A stretch of DNA of 35,114 nt, from contig CAYFGG010000001.1 in NCBI GenBank assembly GCA_964342795.1, positions 1-35,114 on the forward strand, in the 5' to 3' direction. The stretch comes from an uncultured archaeon (GTDB lineage: Archaea > Thermoplasmatota > Poseidoniia > MGIII > CG-Epi1). Below the pieces are notes generated by a model. That model saw only the letters and a program-made list of their open reading frames with translations, was not told where the DNA came from and did not search any database. Each line of letters starts with the position of its first letter. Within the stretch, counting starts at the first letter, position 1. The translations under genes and the position numbers were made by a program. Below are positions 28,045-35,114 of the stretch, piece after piece.

Positions 28045-28116
28045 TTTATATCAATATCTTAATTAAGAAAAGACACCTAGAACACACTGAAATATACTAT
28101 ACATACCTGATATTGG
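28045..28116 (-). repeat. copy B of the ~70-nt direct repeat; overlaps the last 14 codons of cysS and forms the promoter of the 452-aa gene
   Basis: TTTATATCAATAT (28045-28057) is again exactly 21 nt from the start codon at 28023. The 48-nt core matches copy A at 42 of 48 positions. Confidence 0.8.
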
Positions 28117-29256
28117 GCCAATATCGCCTTGATTCTTCAGCCTATTTCCTGCAATTTTATCCAAATCTCTCAAAACATGAAGTGCTTTCAGAGTATCAAG
28201 ATCGTCAGCTAATGCTTCTTCAAATCTAGAAACCAAAGGTGCAGTTTCCTCATCATCTCTTGGATCTGTCGGTTCCGTAACCATACAATCCACAGCATTG
28301 ATTCCCAATCGTTCACCTTCTTGACAGGCTGCAAGCAAACCCTCTGGTGAATAAGGTGTAAAATCTCGGTAATGATAACTCAATAAGTAGAATCTCAGAG
28401 CAGGAGGTGGACAATCCTTGAAAACCTCTTCCAGCGTTATGCGTTCTCCTCTGGATTTTGATAATTTGCCTTCTGCATCTTCCATTAGACCATTATGCAT
28501 CCAGAAATCACAATAATTACCCAAACCTATCTTTTCAGCAAGTATCATCTCTGTTTCATGGTGTGGATAAATTAGGTCTATACCTCCCCAGTGAATGTCT
28601 ATCGGTAAATCCAGCTCAGATGAGGACATTAATGTACATTCCAAATGCCAACCTGGACGCCCATTAGGCAATCCATCGAATTCCCAGATCTTACCACCTT
28701 CCAGAGGTGGCCCCCACAGTAAAGTATCATGGGGGCTCTCCTTAGGTCCTGAATTAACTTCATCTGTGCCTTCCGCCAAAGATTCTTCCAAATTAACTCC
28801 TAATAGCTTGCCATGCTCCTCCTGCTTTATCCTTAGAAATATTCCTTCCTCGGTCTGATAGGCTTCACCAACATCCAACAATTTCTTAGTTTCTTCAGCT
28901 ATTTGTTGAACAAAATCTGAAGCTCTGGTGTATTTTGTTGCGGGCGTATTGGAAAGTAACTTCATTTTCCCAAGAAATTCCTCTTCATACTTGCGAGTGA
29001 AAGTCAATTCATCGATTCCAGATTTTAAAGCGCCCAGAGCAGTCTCGTCCGAGACATCGGTAAAATTCTGTATGTGATTTACTTCATACCCCTTGTATCC
29101 CAGCCATCTTTTCAGAATATCAAAAGAAACATAGGACTTAGCATGCCCCAAATGAGTGTCTGAATAAACCGTAGGACCACAGATATACAATCCTAATTTC
29201 TTAGAATCTGGATGGAAATCTTCTTTCTTACCTGAAACTGTATTGAATAATTTCAA
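28063..29256 (-). CDS. cysS: cysteine--tRNA ligase, short form (397 aa)
   Basis: HIGH motif (THLGHAKSY) and KMSKS motif (KLSKS) are present. The Zn/Cys-binding positions are conserved (ICGPTVY, GWHLECTLM, PHHETE). The TTG start at 29256 overlaps the GNAT stop as TTGA. Confidence 0.85.
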   Translation of the reverse strand: MKLFNTVSGKKEDFHPDSKKLGLYICGPTVYSDTHLGHAKSYVSFDILKRWLGYKGYEVNHIQNFTDVSDETALGALKSGIDELTFTRKYEEEFLGKMKLLSNTPATKYTRASDFVQQIAEETKKLLDVGEAYQTEEGIFLRIKQEEHGKLLGVNLEESLAEGTDEVNSGPKESPHDTLLWGPPLEGGKIWEFDGLPNGRPGWHLECTLMSSSELDLPIDIHWGGIDLIYPHHETEMILAEKIGLGNYCDFWMHNGLMEDAEGKLSKSRGERITLEEVFKDCPPPALRFYLLSYHYRDFTPYSPEGLLAACQEGERLGINAVDCMVTEPTDPRDDEETAPLVSRFEEALADDLDTLKALHVLRDLDKIAGNRLKNQGDIGPISGMYSIFQCVLGVFS

Positions 29257-30104
29257 CCCTTGTCTCCCCCGCCTCTAGCGCAGATATTTGACTCATCTGG
29301 CCAATCTTCTCCATAGAACATTGACATGCAATAACTATGGGCATTATATCCTATAGAATCAAGCAAATTGGTAATTCTGAAATTTGGTGCTGGAACAAGT
29401 ATCTCAACTGTGGATTTGTCTGGAATAGCCTGAACCGTGGCTTGGAGCATTCCTTGCCAGTTCTTGCATCCTGGTTCGACTACCCATGGACCTATTTCAT
29501 ACCAAGAATCCTCGCCTTTGGCCATGATGAATCCCTTTACTGAACCATCCTCTCCGAGCGCTACAAATGAACATTGAGGAAGATAATCATTTATCTCTTT
29601 CAGAAACTGAGAACGATCCCCACCAAACTGACGCTTATCTATTGCTAGAATCTCATCCATATATCCCTCAGCTGGAACAATATTTTCGTCTGAGCCTACA
29701 TCGAATGGCTGAAATGATTTCATATCTGCATCAAGCCTGAACTGAGTAGACATTCCCTCAGCAAGAAAACCTAGTTCTTTGTAGAAAGTTGTCACTTCCA
29801 TTCTTGACTGGACTCTTACGGATTTACAGGATTCAAGGCGTTTCATTGCTTCCTTAAGCAAAATCCTGCCTACGCCTTTGCCTCTACTTTTTGATGAAAC
29901 CACTACATTACCAATCATTCCTAAATTGCCATAATCAAAAGCTGTGGTCACTCCTATTGAGTGTCCACCATCAACTGCAATCAAAGGAATACTAATTTTC
30001 ATGAGACGTTGCCAGTCTTCTACTGAATTACCCCAGTCCTCGCTATCAGTGAGGGACTTAGCAAACTCAATGTCTGATTCTTGCATGTCTCTTATCTTAA
30101 TCAT
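29253..30104 (-). CDS. GNAT family N-acetyltransferase (GNAT domain plus a C-terminal GNAT-like domain)
   Basis: Acetyl-CoA motif SRGKGVGRILLKEAMKRL. The ORF track begins at TTG 30137. ATG 30104 (MIKIRDMQESD...) is the more plausible start. Confidence 0.85.
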   Translation of the reverse strand: MIKIRDMQESDIEFAKSLTDSEDWGNSVEDWQRLMKISIPLIAVDGGHSIGVTTAFDYGNLGMIGNVVVSSKSRGKGVGRILLKEAMKRLESCKSVRVQSRMEVTTFYKELGFLAEGMSTQFRLDADMKSFQPFDVGSDENIVPAEGYMDEILAIDKRQFGGDRSQFLKEINDYLPQCSFVALGEDGSVKGFIMAKGEDSWYEIGPWVVEPGCKNWQGMLQATVQAIPDKSTVEILVPAPNFRITNLLDSIGYNAHSYCMSMFYGEDWPDESNICARGGGDKG

Positions 30105-30240
30105 CTGAAATACCCTCGTCACAATCCTGTTGCCCAAAAGTCAAGAATTTCTTCTCTTTTCTTTGAAGTTTTAGACGACAACTTCCATAACCAAAGTCCT
30201 CACCACCATACCAATGAGGGCAATCTTTACACTTGAGCAT
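30097..30240 (-). CDS. possible 47-aa Cys-containing small protein; not in the ORF track
   Basis: My translation is MLKCKDCPHWYGGEDFGYGSCRLKLQRKEKKFLTFGQQDCDEGISDD. It has a CxxC plus two further Cys. Its stop (TAA 30099-30097) overlaps the GNAT ATG at 30104 (gATGATTAA), and it fills an otherwise non-coding 136 nt. Confidence 0.3.
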   Translation of the reverse strand: MLKCKDCPHWYGGEDFGYGSCRLKLQRKEKKFLTFGQQDCDEGISDD

Positions 30241-30247
30241 TAATTCG

Positions 30248-30297
30248 TTATCAATGAACAAGATTAATGAAGATATGCGTTGATAAAATCTTATAAT
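30248..30297 (+). promoter_or_regulatory. M14 peptidase promoter: inverted repeat TTATCAA-N25-TTGATAA followed by a TATA-like TTATAAT
   Basis: The repeat arms are at 30248-30254 and 30280-30286. TTATAAT (30291-30297) is centred ~26 nt upstream of ATG 30320, which implies a leaderless mRNA. Confidence 0.35.
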
Positions 30298-30319
30298 CTA
30301 CTGTTCTCATGCTAATAGT

Positions 30320-32689
30320 ATGAATCGTGTGTCAACGGTCACCGTAGCGCTTATGCTGATTCTGACCACAATGTCAACGGGTTCTATTGAATCTGAGGAG
30401 TTTCATAGAACTACAAACACTGCAGATGGCTTCGATGGACATGAAAATGATACTCTGAATCGAACCAACACTTTCCCCTTCGACGTGTTATTCGATGACT
30501 ATCACGAATACTACGAAGTTGTTTCTCAATTACAAAAATTTGCAAATGATTACCCTGATATCGTCGAAATTTATACCTTAACTGACATAATTCCTGCAGG
30601 TGAAACCTGGCAAGGAAATGAAGTTATTGGAATTAAAATATCTGACAATGTAGCTAACGAACCTGATTACTATGATGATCCAGATGAAGAAACATTCTTC
30701 GTAGTTGGAAATCATCATGCTCGAGAATGGATGACCGTCGTCACCACACTTTACTTTGTCTATTATCTTACTCACTTCTATGGCATGGAACCCACCGACA
30801 ACGATGGGGACGGACTGATTAATGAGGATATGATTGACGGAGTAGACAATGATGGAGATGGCGAACAAGGCGGGCGTGTTGACGATCAAGGTAGAGCCTT
30901 ATTTGATGGAATTGACAACGATGGGGACGGAATTATAGATGAAGGAATCGATGAGGATCCAAGTGAAGCACGAGTAACCCACTTAGTTAACAACCGAGAA
31001 ACTTGGATTATACCCATACTAAACCCTGACGGATACATCTATGACAGAGAGGATCCGTCCAGATTCTGGCGTAAGAATCTACGAGATAATACAGATGATG
31101 ATAGATATCAGGAAGGTTGTGATGGAGTAGATCTTAATCGAAACTATCCTTTTGAGTGGGGGCATAATACGCAACCTACTGCACTACTTGGAGAAGACGG
31201 AGAAGTTGAATTTACAGTTGATGATGATAATCCCTGTTCAGATGTCTACCACGGACCACGTGATCAGAATGATGATGACGGAGATTGTGGATTAAATTGT
31301 GAAGTTGGATTGGACTTTGGAGACCAAAATACGCAAACTGGAGTAGATGAAGATCCTCCCGATGTTAATAGAGAGGACGATGATAATGATGGTAAAATTG
31401 GCGAGGATAAAGAAGGGGGATTCTCAGAACCTGAAACTCAAGTGATAGAGTACCTAACTTGGAGATTGGATATATACGAGGATTATCCACAAGTCGAATA
31501 TTTGGAAGATTATCAAAATGGAATTGAGAGAGACAACTGGCCAGAAATGTTCCAACTTAATCCTGATGGAAGTCAAAGTACTGTTAGAAATTATAGAACT
31601 GAAGCCCATGATATGAAACACAATATCATGAATGCAGTATCATACCATTCATGCTCTAATCTTTACATTTGGCCATGGGGATTCAAGGATCAAGACCCGC
31701 CACATGAGCTCTATATGGAAAATCAAGTCAAACCCCTTATGAATTTGACAGGATATGGGAACTGGAAAGATCAGGGAGGATACAAAGTATCTGGTGATAT
31801 CAATGATTATCAATATGGAATGCAAGGTTCCTTTTCATACACTGTTGAGTTGAATAGCTGTGGAAATCAAGGTGGTCTCGAAGGCGGGTTCCATGCTGAT
31901 ACAAGACTTATCCGCCCAACTGTAAGAATGCATCTTTTGACCAACATGCACTTCTTAGATGAATCACCTAGGGCGAGAATCGGACAAATGTTCCCAGATT
32001 TTGGAGACATTAATGGTGACGGTATTAGCTCACCTGAAGAAACGATGATGCCGAAACTAAGCATATTGTCATCAAAAGGAGAAACCGTCGGATTTCAATC
32101 TGATTCAGAGGTTGATTTTGGAGACTACTTTGCTAAAGATGACCTGCCTGTAAGAGTTAAGGTTGAAGAGGCGCAATTCATGTTGCAGGATTCTCTAATA
32201 TTGAACTATAGAACTGATGAAATGGCCGAAGGAGTATGGAAAGAAATACCTATGTCATGTATAGATGGTTGTGATACTAAAGATTACTCAGACTATAGCG
32301 ATGCATTCACAATACCAAGAAGAGACTCCATTTTCATAGCACACATCCCTGAAGTTGAAGAGTCTACCAACATTCAATTCTATGCTGTAGCTCAAGATTC
32401 AAGACTTGCCTACGAATACGGTGGCGGATTCGTTTTAACTGGTTATGGTGCTGCAGAACCTATTGAGATCTTTGTTGATGATGTTATAGGTTTTGGAAAT
32501 CCAATCATTGACTTCATTGCAGTCGCTGCGATGATGGGAATAATGTATGGAGTAGTATGGGGAGGGCTTTACAAGACCGTAGGAATCGCAACTGAAGCTG
32601 AAAAAAGGAAGAACGCTGGTGAAACAGCCAAGAAAACAGGGACCACGAGAGCAAAAAGAAGCATAGCGGCCATACCAAAGGAAAAATGA
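30320..32689 (+). CDS. secreted/anchored M14-family zinc carboxypeptidase with Asp-rich (DNDGDG) insertions
   Basis: 789 aa with the HxxE zinc motif GNHHAREW, plus NPDGY and DLNRNYPFEWG. There are three DNDGDG motifs and an Asp-rich second insert. It has an N-terminal signal/TM, and a C-terminal TM (IIDFIAVAAMMGIMYGVVWGGLY) with a basic tail. Confidence 0.88.
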   Translation: MNRVSTVTVALMLILTTMSTGSIESEEFHRTTNTADGFDGHENDTLNRTNTFPFDVLFDDYHEYYEVVSQLQKFANDYPDIVEIYTLTDIIPAGETWQGNEVIGIKISDNVANEPDYYDDPDEETFFVVGNHHAREWMTVVTTLYFVYYLTHFYGMEPTDNDGDGLINEDMIDGVDNDGDGEQGGRVDDQGRALFDGIDNDGDGIIDEGIDEDPSEARVTHLVNNRETWIIPILNPDGYIYDREDPSRFWRKNLRDNTDDDRYQEGCDGVDLNRNYPFEWGHNTQPTALLGEDGEVEFTVDDDNPCSDVYHGPRDQNDDDGDCGLNCEVGLDFGDQNTQTGVDEDPPDVNREDDDNDGKIGEDKEGGFSEPETQVIEYLTWRLDIYEDYPQVEYLEDYQNGIERDNWPEMFQLNPDGSQSTVRNYRTEAHDMKHNIMNAVSYHSCSNLYIWPWGFKDQDPPHELYMENQVKPLMNLTGYGNWKDQGGYKVSGDINDYQYGMQGSFSYTVELNSCGNQGGLEGGFHADTRLIRPTVRMHLLTNMHFLDESPRARIGQMFPDFGDINGDGISSPEETMMPKLSILSSKGETVGFQSDSEVDFGDYFAKDDLPVRVKVEEAQFMLQDSLILNYRTDEMAEGVWKEIPMSCIDGCDTKDYSDYSDAFTIPRRDSIFIAHIPEVEESTNIQFYAVAQDSRLAYEYGGGFVLTGYGAAEPIEIFVDDVIGFGNPIIDFIAVAAMMGIMYGVVWGGLYKTVGIATEAEKRKNAGETAKKTGTTRAKRSIAAIPKEK

Positions 32690-32693
32690 GTAT

Positions 32694-34232
32694 ATGGCTG
32701 ACGAAGATCCACCAGAGCAATTCTCCTCAAGATTAGGATTGATTCTAACCACTGTTGGAGCTGCTGTAGGTACCGGAAACATATGGAGATTCCCAAGAGA
32801 AGCTGCTGCAAACGGGGGTGGTTCTTTCATGATTGGATGGCTGATTTTCCTTTTTGCATGGTCGATTCCACTGCTTATGGCGGAATTTGCTATCGGTAAG
32901 AAAACAAGACTTGGAACCGTAGGCGCCATGAGAGATATGGCTGGACGTAACTTCACATGGCTTGGAATATGGATGATGTGGGTCGGAACTGCTGTGGGAT
33001 TCTACTATGCTGTAGTTATGGGATGGACAATCCGATACTTCTGGATAGCACTCTCAGGACAGATGAGTGATGCTACAAATACTGATGAAACACAGGCACT
33101 ATGGGATAATTTCATAAGTTCTCCAGCTGAAGTCGTATTTTTCCAGTTGATAGCCGTAAGTGTTTCAGCCTTCATCGTTTACAACGGAATAAAGGGAATC
33201 GAAACAGCAAACAAAATACTGATTCCATGTTTAGTTGCTTTCCTAGTTGTAGCTATGATTTATCCATTTATCCTTAACCCATCTGGAGCCGCTATGGGAC
33301 TTCGGTTCCTTTTCATTCCACAATGGGAGTATCTCTTTAGTGGTGAAACCTGGATTCGAGCACTCACTCAATCCGCTTGGTCAACATCTGCCGGATTCGG
33401 AATGGCAATAACCTATGCTGTTGCCATGAGAAAAAAAGAGGATATTGGACTCAATGCATTCCTGACTGGACTTGGGAACAATTCAGTATCGCTAATTGCA
33501 GGAGTAGCAGTTCTTGGAACAGTATTCGCACTTTCAGATACCACCGCTGATGGACTAGCGGCGGTAGAATCTGGATCTTCAGGATTGACATTTATTCACC
33601 TAACTGCTCTTTTCGCATCAATGGGAACTGCTGGATGGGTAATAGGAAGTATATTCTTCTTGGCAATGGCTTTTGCTGCTTTGACCTCGATGGTCTCAAC
33701 ACTTCAAGCTTGTGTTGTTAATTTTGTTGATATGGGTTGGGAAAGGAAAGAGGCTGTAAGATACATCGCCGTGGCTGTTGCTTTAGCAGGTATACCTTCT
33801 GCAATTAGCCTGGAATTCCTAGACAATCAAGACTTTGTTTGGGGAACTGGATTAATTGTATCAGGTTTGATGGTTGCTATTGTGGTAATGAGATTTGGTG
33901 TTAGTGATTTCAGAAAGAATTTAATCAATACCAAATACGCTGATATTCAAATCGGCAAATGGTGGGAGTACATTATCAAATATGTTTTCCCGCTGGAATT
34001 CATTGCAGTATTCGGTTATTTCATATATGAAAAATTACAGGATGACAGTCACTCCCCAATAGAAGGAATGGGGTTAGGACTTTTCACCATAATAACTATG
34101 GTCGTTCAATGGGCGATAATTCTTGTGATATTCATTTTTATGCTCAATAACAAAGTTGCCGATGCTGCAAAGAAAGGTCCGGTTTCGGATGGGAACTTTG
34201 ATGACGATGTTGAATGGGCAGAATCTGTCTAA
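32694..34232 (+). CDS. sodium-dependent transporter, SNF (neurotransmitter:sodium symporter) family
   Basis: 512 aa with the family signature GTGNIWRFP near the N-terminus and about 11-12 TM segments. It starts 4 nt after the peptidase stop. Confidence 0.92.
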   Translation: MADEDPPEQFSSRLGLILTTVGAAVGTGNIWRFPREAAANGGGSFMIGWLIFLFAWSIPLLMAEFAIGKKTRLGTVGAMRDMAGRNFTWLGIWMMWVGTAVGFYYAVVMGWTIRYFWIALSGQMSDATNTDETQALWDNFISSPAEVVFFQLIAVSVSAFIVYNGIKGIETANKILIPCLVAFLVVAMIYPFILNPSGAAMGLRFLFIPQWEYLFSGETWIRALTQSAWSTSAGFGMAITYAVAMRKKEDIGLNAFLTGLGNNSVSLIAGVAVLGTVFALSDTTADGLAAVESGSSGLTFIHLTALFASMGTAGWVIGSIFFLAMAFAALTSMVSTLQACVVNFVDMGWERKEAVRYIAVAVALAGIPSAISLEFLDNQDFVWGTGLIVSGLMVAIVVMRFGVSDFRKNLINTKYADIQIGKWWEYIIKYVFPLEFIAVFGYFIYEKLQDDSHSPIEGMGLGLFTIITMVVQWAIILVIFIFMLNNKVADAAKKGPVSDGNFDDDVEWAESV

Positions 34233-35065
34233 CTTAGAAGTTCAGCCTTAGCGGCCGTAAACTCTTCATCGCTAAGTAAACCCTTGTCCTTTAACTCACC
34301 AAGTTTTCTAAGTTTTTTGATGAGGACTTCTCGCTGATCCTCAACGCCTGTGGGGTCCTTCAGATTGCTTCCCCAATCACTTCGCCTATCAATTCTCTTT
34401 TGAAGACGAGAACCACATTTTCCACATATTCTGAAAGTAGTTGGAGCCCTAGCACCACAATTACTACATATTATGTGGAATTCTTCATGCATTACCTCCT
34501 GACGTTTGTATATTGGTGAATCTGGGTCTTCTCCAGGTGGTATCTCACCCTCAAAGACAAATGCGTCCTCATTATCGTTAGGAAACCAATCCCGCCTTAT
34601 CGCAGTGAAAGTGTCGCCTTCCGCAGAATGATAATACAAATCCAAACGAGTAATACTAGGTTGAGTAGAATTGGTCATTATTTCCACTTCTACAACTGTA
34701 TCCTTTCCGGATTCTAAACTATCGACTATTGTCTGACCACGAACTTGCATGTTGTCAAAAGATATTGTTATTGTACGTGCCGTACCATTTCCACTATTGC
34801 TCAATGATATCTCAATGGTATTCCATTGTCCTGAAACAAATGATGATGGTTGTGTAACTGAGAACTCAATGAAAGGGAGAGAGATTAAGCTTGGATTAGA
34901 TGCTTCAATGGTATCGTCTGCCACTTTTTTAGCTGCAAGGACATCATCAAGTAATTTTTCAGCATCTATTCTTGGCTTCTTGAGCCTACGACGTCGAACT
35001 TTACGAACTTTCTTCTTCTCCCCAAAATCCGTAAAGGAAACCTTATCGGCCATATCCAGAGGCAC
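34229..35065 (-). CDS. zinc-ribbon and SHOCT-domain protein with a central CARDB/Ig-like region
   Basis: 278 aa with the zinc ribbon CSNCG...CGKCG and the C-terminal SHOCT motif LGELKDKGLLSDEEFTAAKAELL. The basic N-terminus is KKKVRKVRRRRLKKPR. No signal peptide is present. Confidence 0.75.
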   Translation of the reverse strand: MPLDMADKVSFTDFGEKKKVRKVRRRRLKKPRIDAEKLLDDVLAAKKVADDTIEASNPSLISLPFIEFSVTQPSSFVSGQWNTIEISLSNSGNGTARTITISFDNMQVRGQTIVDSLESGKDTVVEVEIMTNSTQPSITRLDLYYHSAEGDTFTAIRRDWFPNDNEDAFVFEGEIPPGEDPDSPIYKRQEVMHEEFHIICSNCGARAPTTFRICGKCGSRLQKRIDRRSDWGSNLKDPTGVEDQREVLIKKLRKLGELKDKGLLSDEEFTAAKAELLS

Positions 35066-35114
35066 TAGGATAGGGTGGTTTTATACTTGACTACTTCTCG
35101 TCTTCAACTTCTTC

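Noticed and set aside
32435-32956. Minus-strand ORFs (173, 80 and 68 aa) spanning the peptidase/SNF junction
   Set aside because: They are antisense to two strongly supported CDSs and have no motifs. Such ORFs are typical shadows of coding regions.
35091-35114. Possible 3' end of another minus-strand gene (EEVEDEK*) at the right edge
   Set aside because: Only 7 codons are visible and the frame cannot be verified, so there is too little sequence to call.

Overview
The window is a gene-dense, moderately AT-rich chromosomal segment that looks archaeal. Evidence: an archaeal/eukaryotic-type PheRS alpha subunit, Taw1/TYW1, an archaeal-type MiaB-like methylthiotransferase, a geranylgeranyl reductase, and TATA-like boxes centred about 26 nt upstream of several start codons, which implies leaderless mRNAs. 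The many acidic secreted proteins, an SNF transporter and an M14 peptidase suggest a marine planktonic Thermoplasmatota-like (Marine Group II-like) organism, but that is inference only. Most genes are housekeeping: ksgA (partial), tRNA-Val, pckA, mdh, pheS, taw1, class II RNR nrdJ, nadE plus a separate CN-hydrolase, GGR, tmk and cysS. I recognise no CRISPR array, transposase, integrase, or known defence or toxin module. The least ordinary part is 22.8-32.7 kb, a cell-surface island holding a 1240-aa and a 452-aa secreted, C-terminally anchored protein and an anchored M14 carboxypeptidase with a co-oriented SNF transporter. Within it, a ~70-nt direct repeat made of the cysS 3' tail plus a TATA promoter precedes both surface-protein genes. 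Other candidates: an uncharacterised overlapping operon (C26 amidotransferase, PqqB-like MBL, methyltransferase) divergent from a class V PLP enzyme and next to a LysE exporter; a C-terminally short CysRS; an SD-sequestering hairpin at a TTG-initiated nrdJ; and three small ORFs missing from the ORF track. None of these is established as a new system; each needs database or expression checks.
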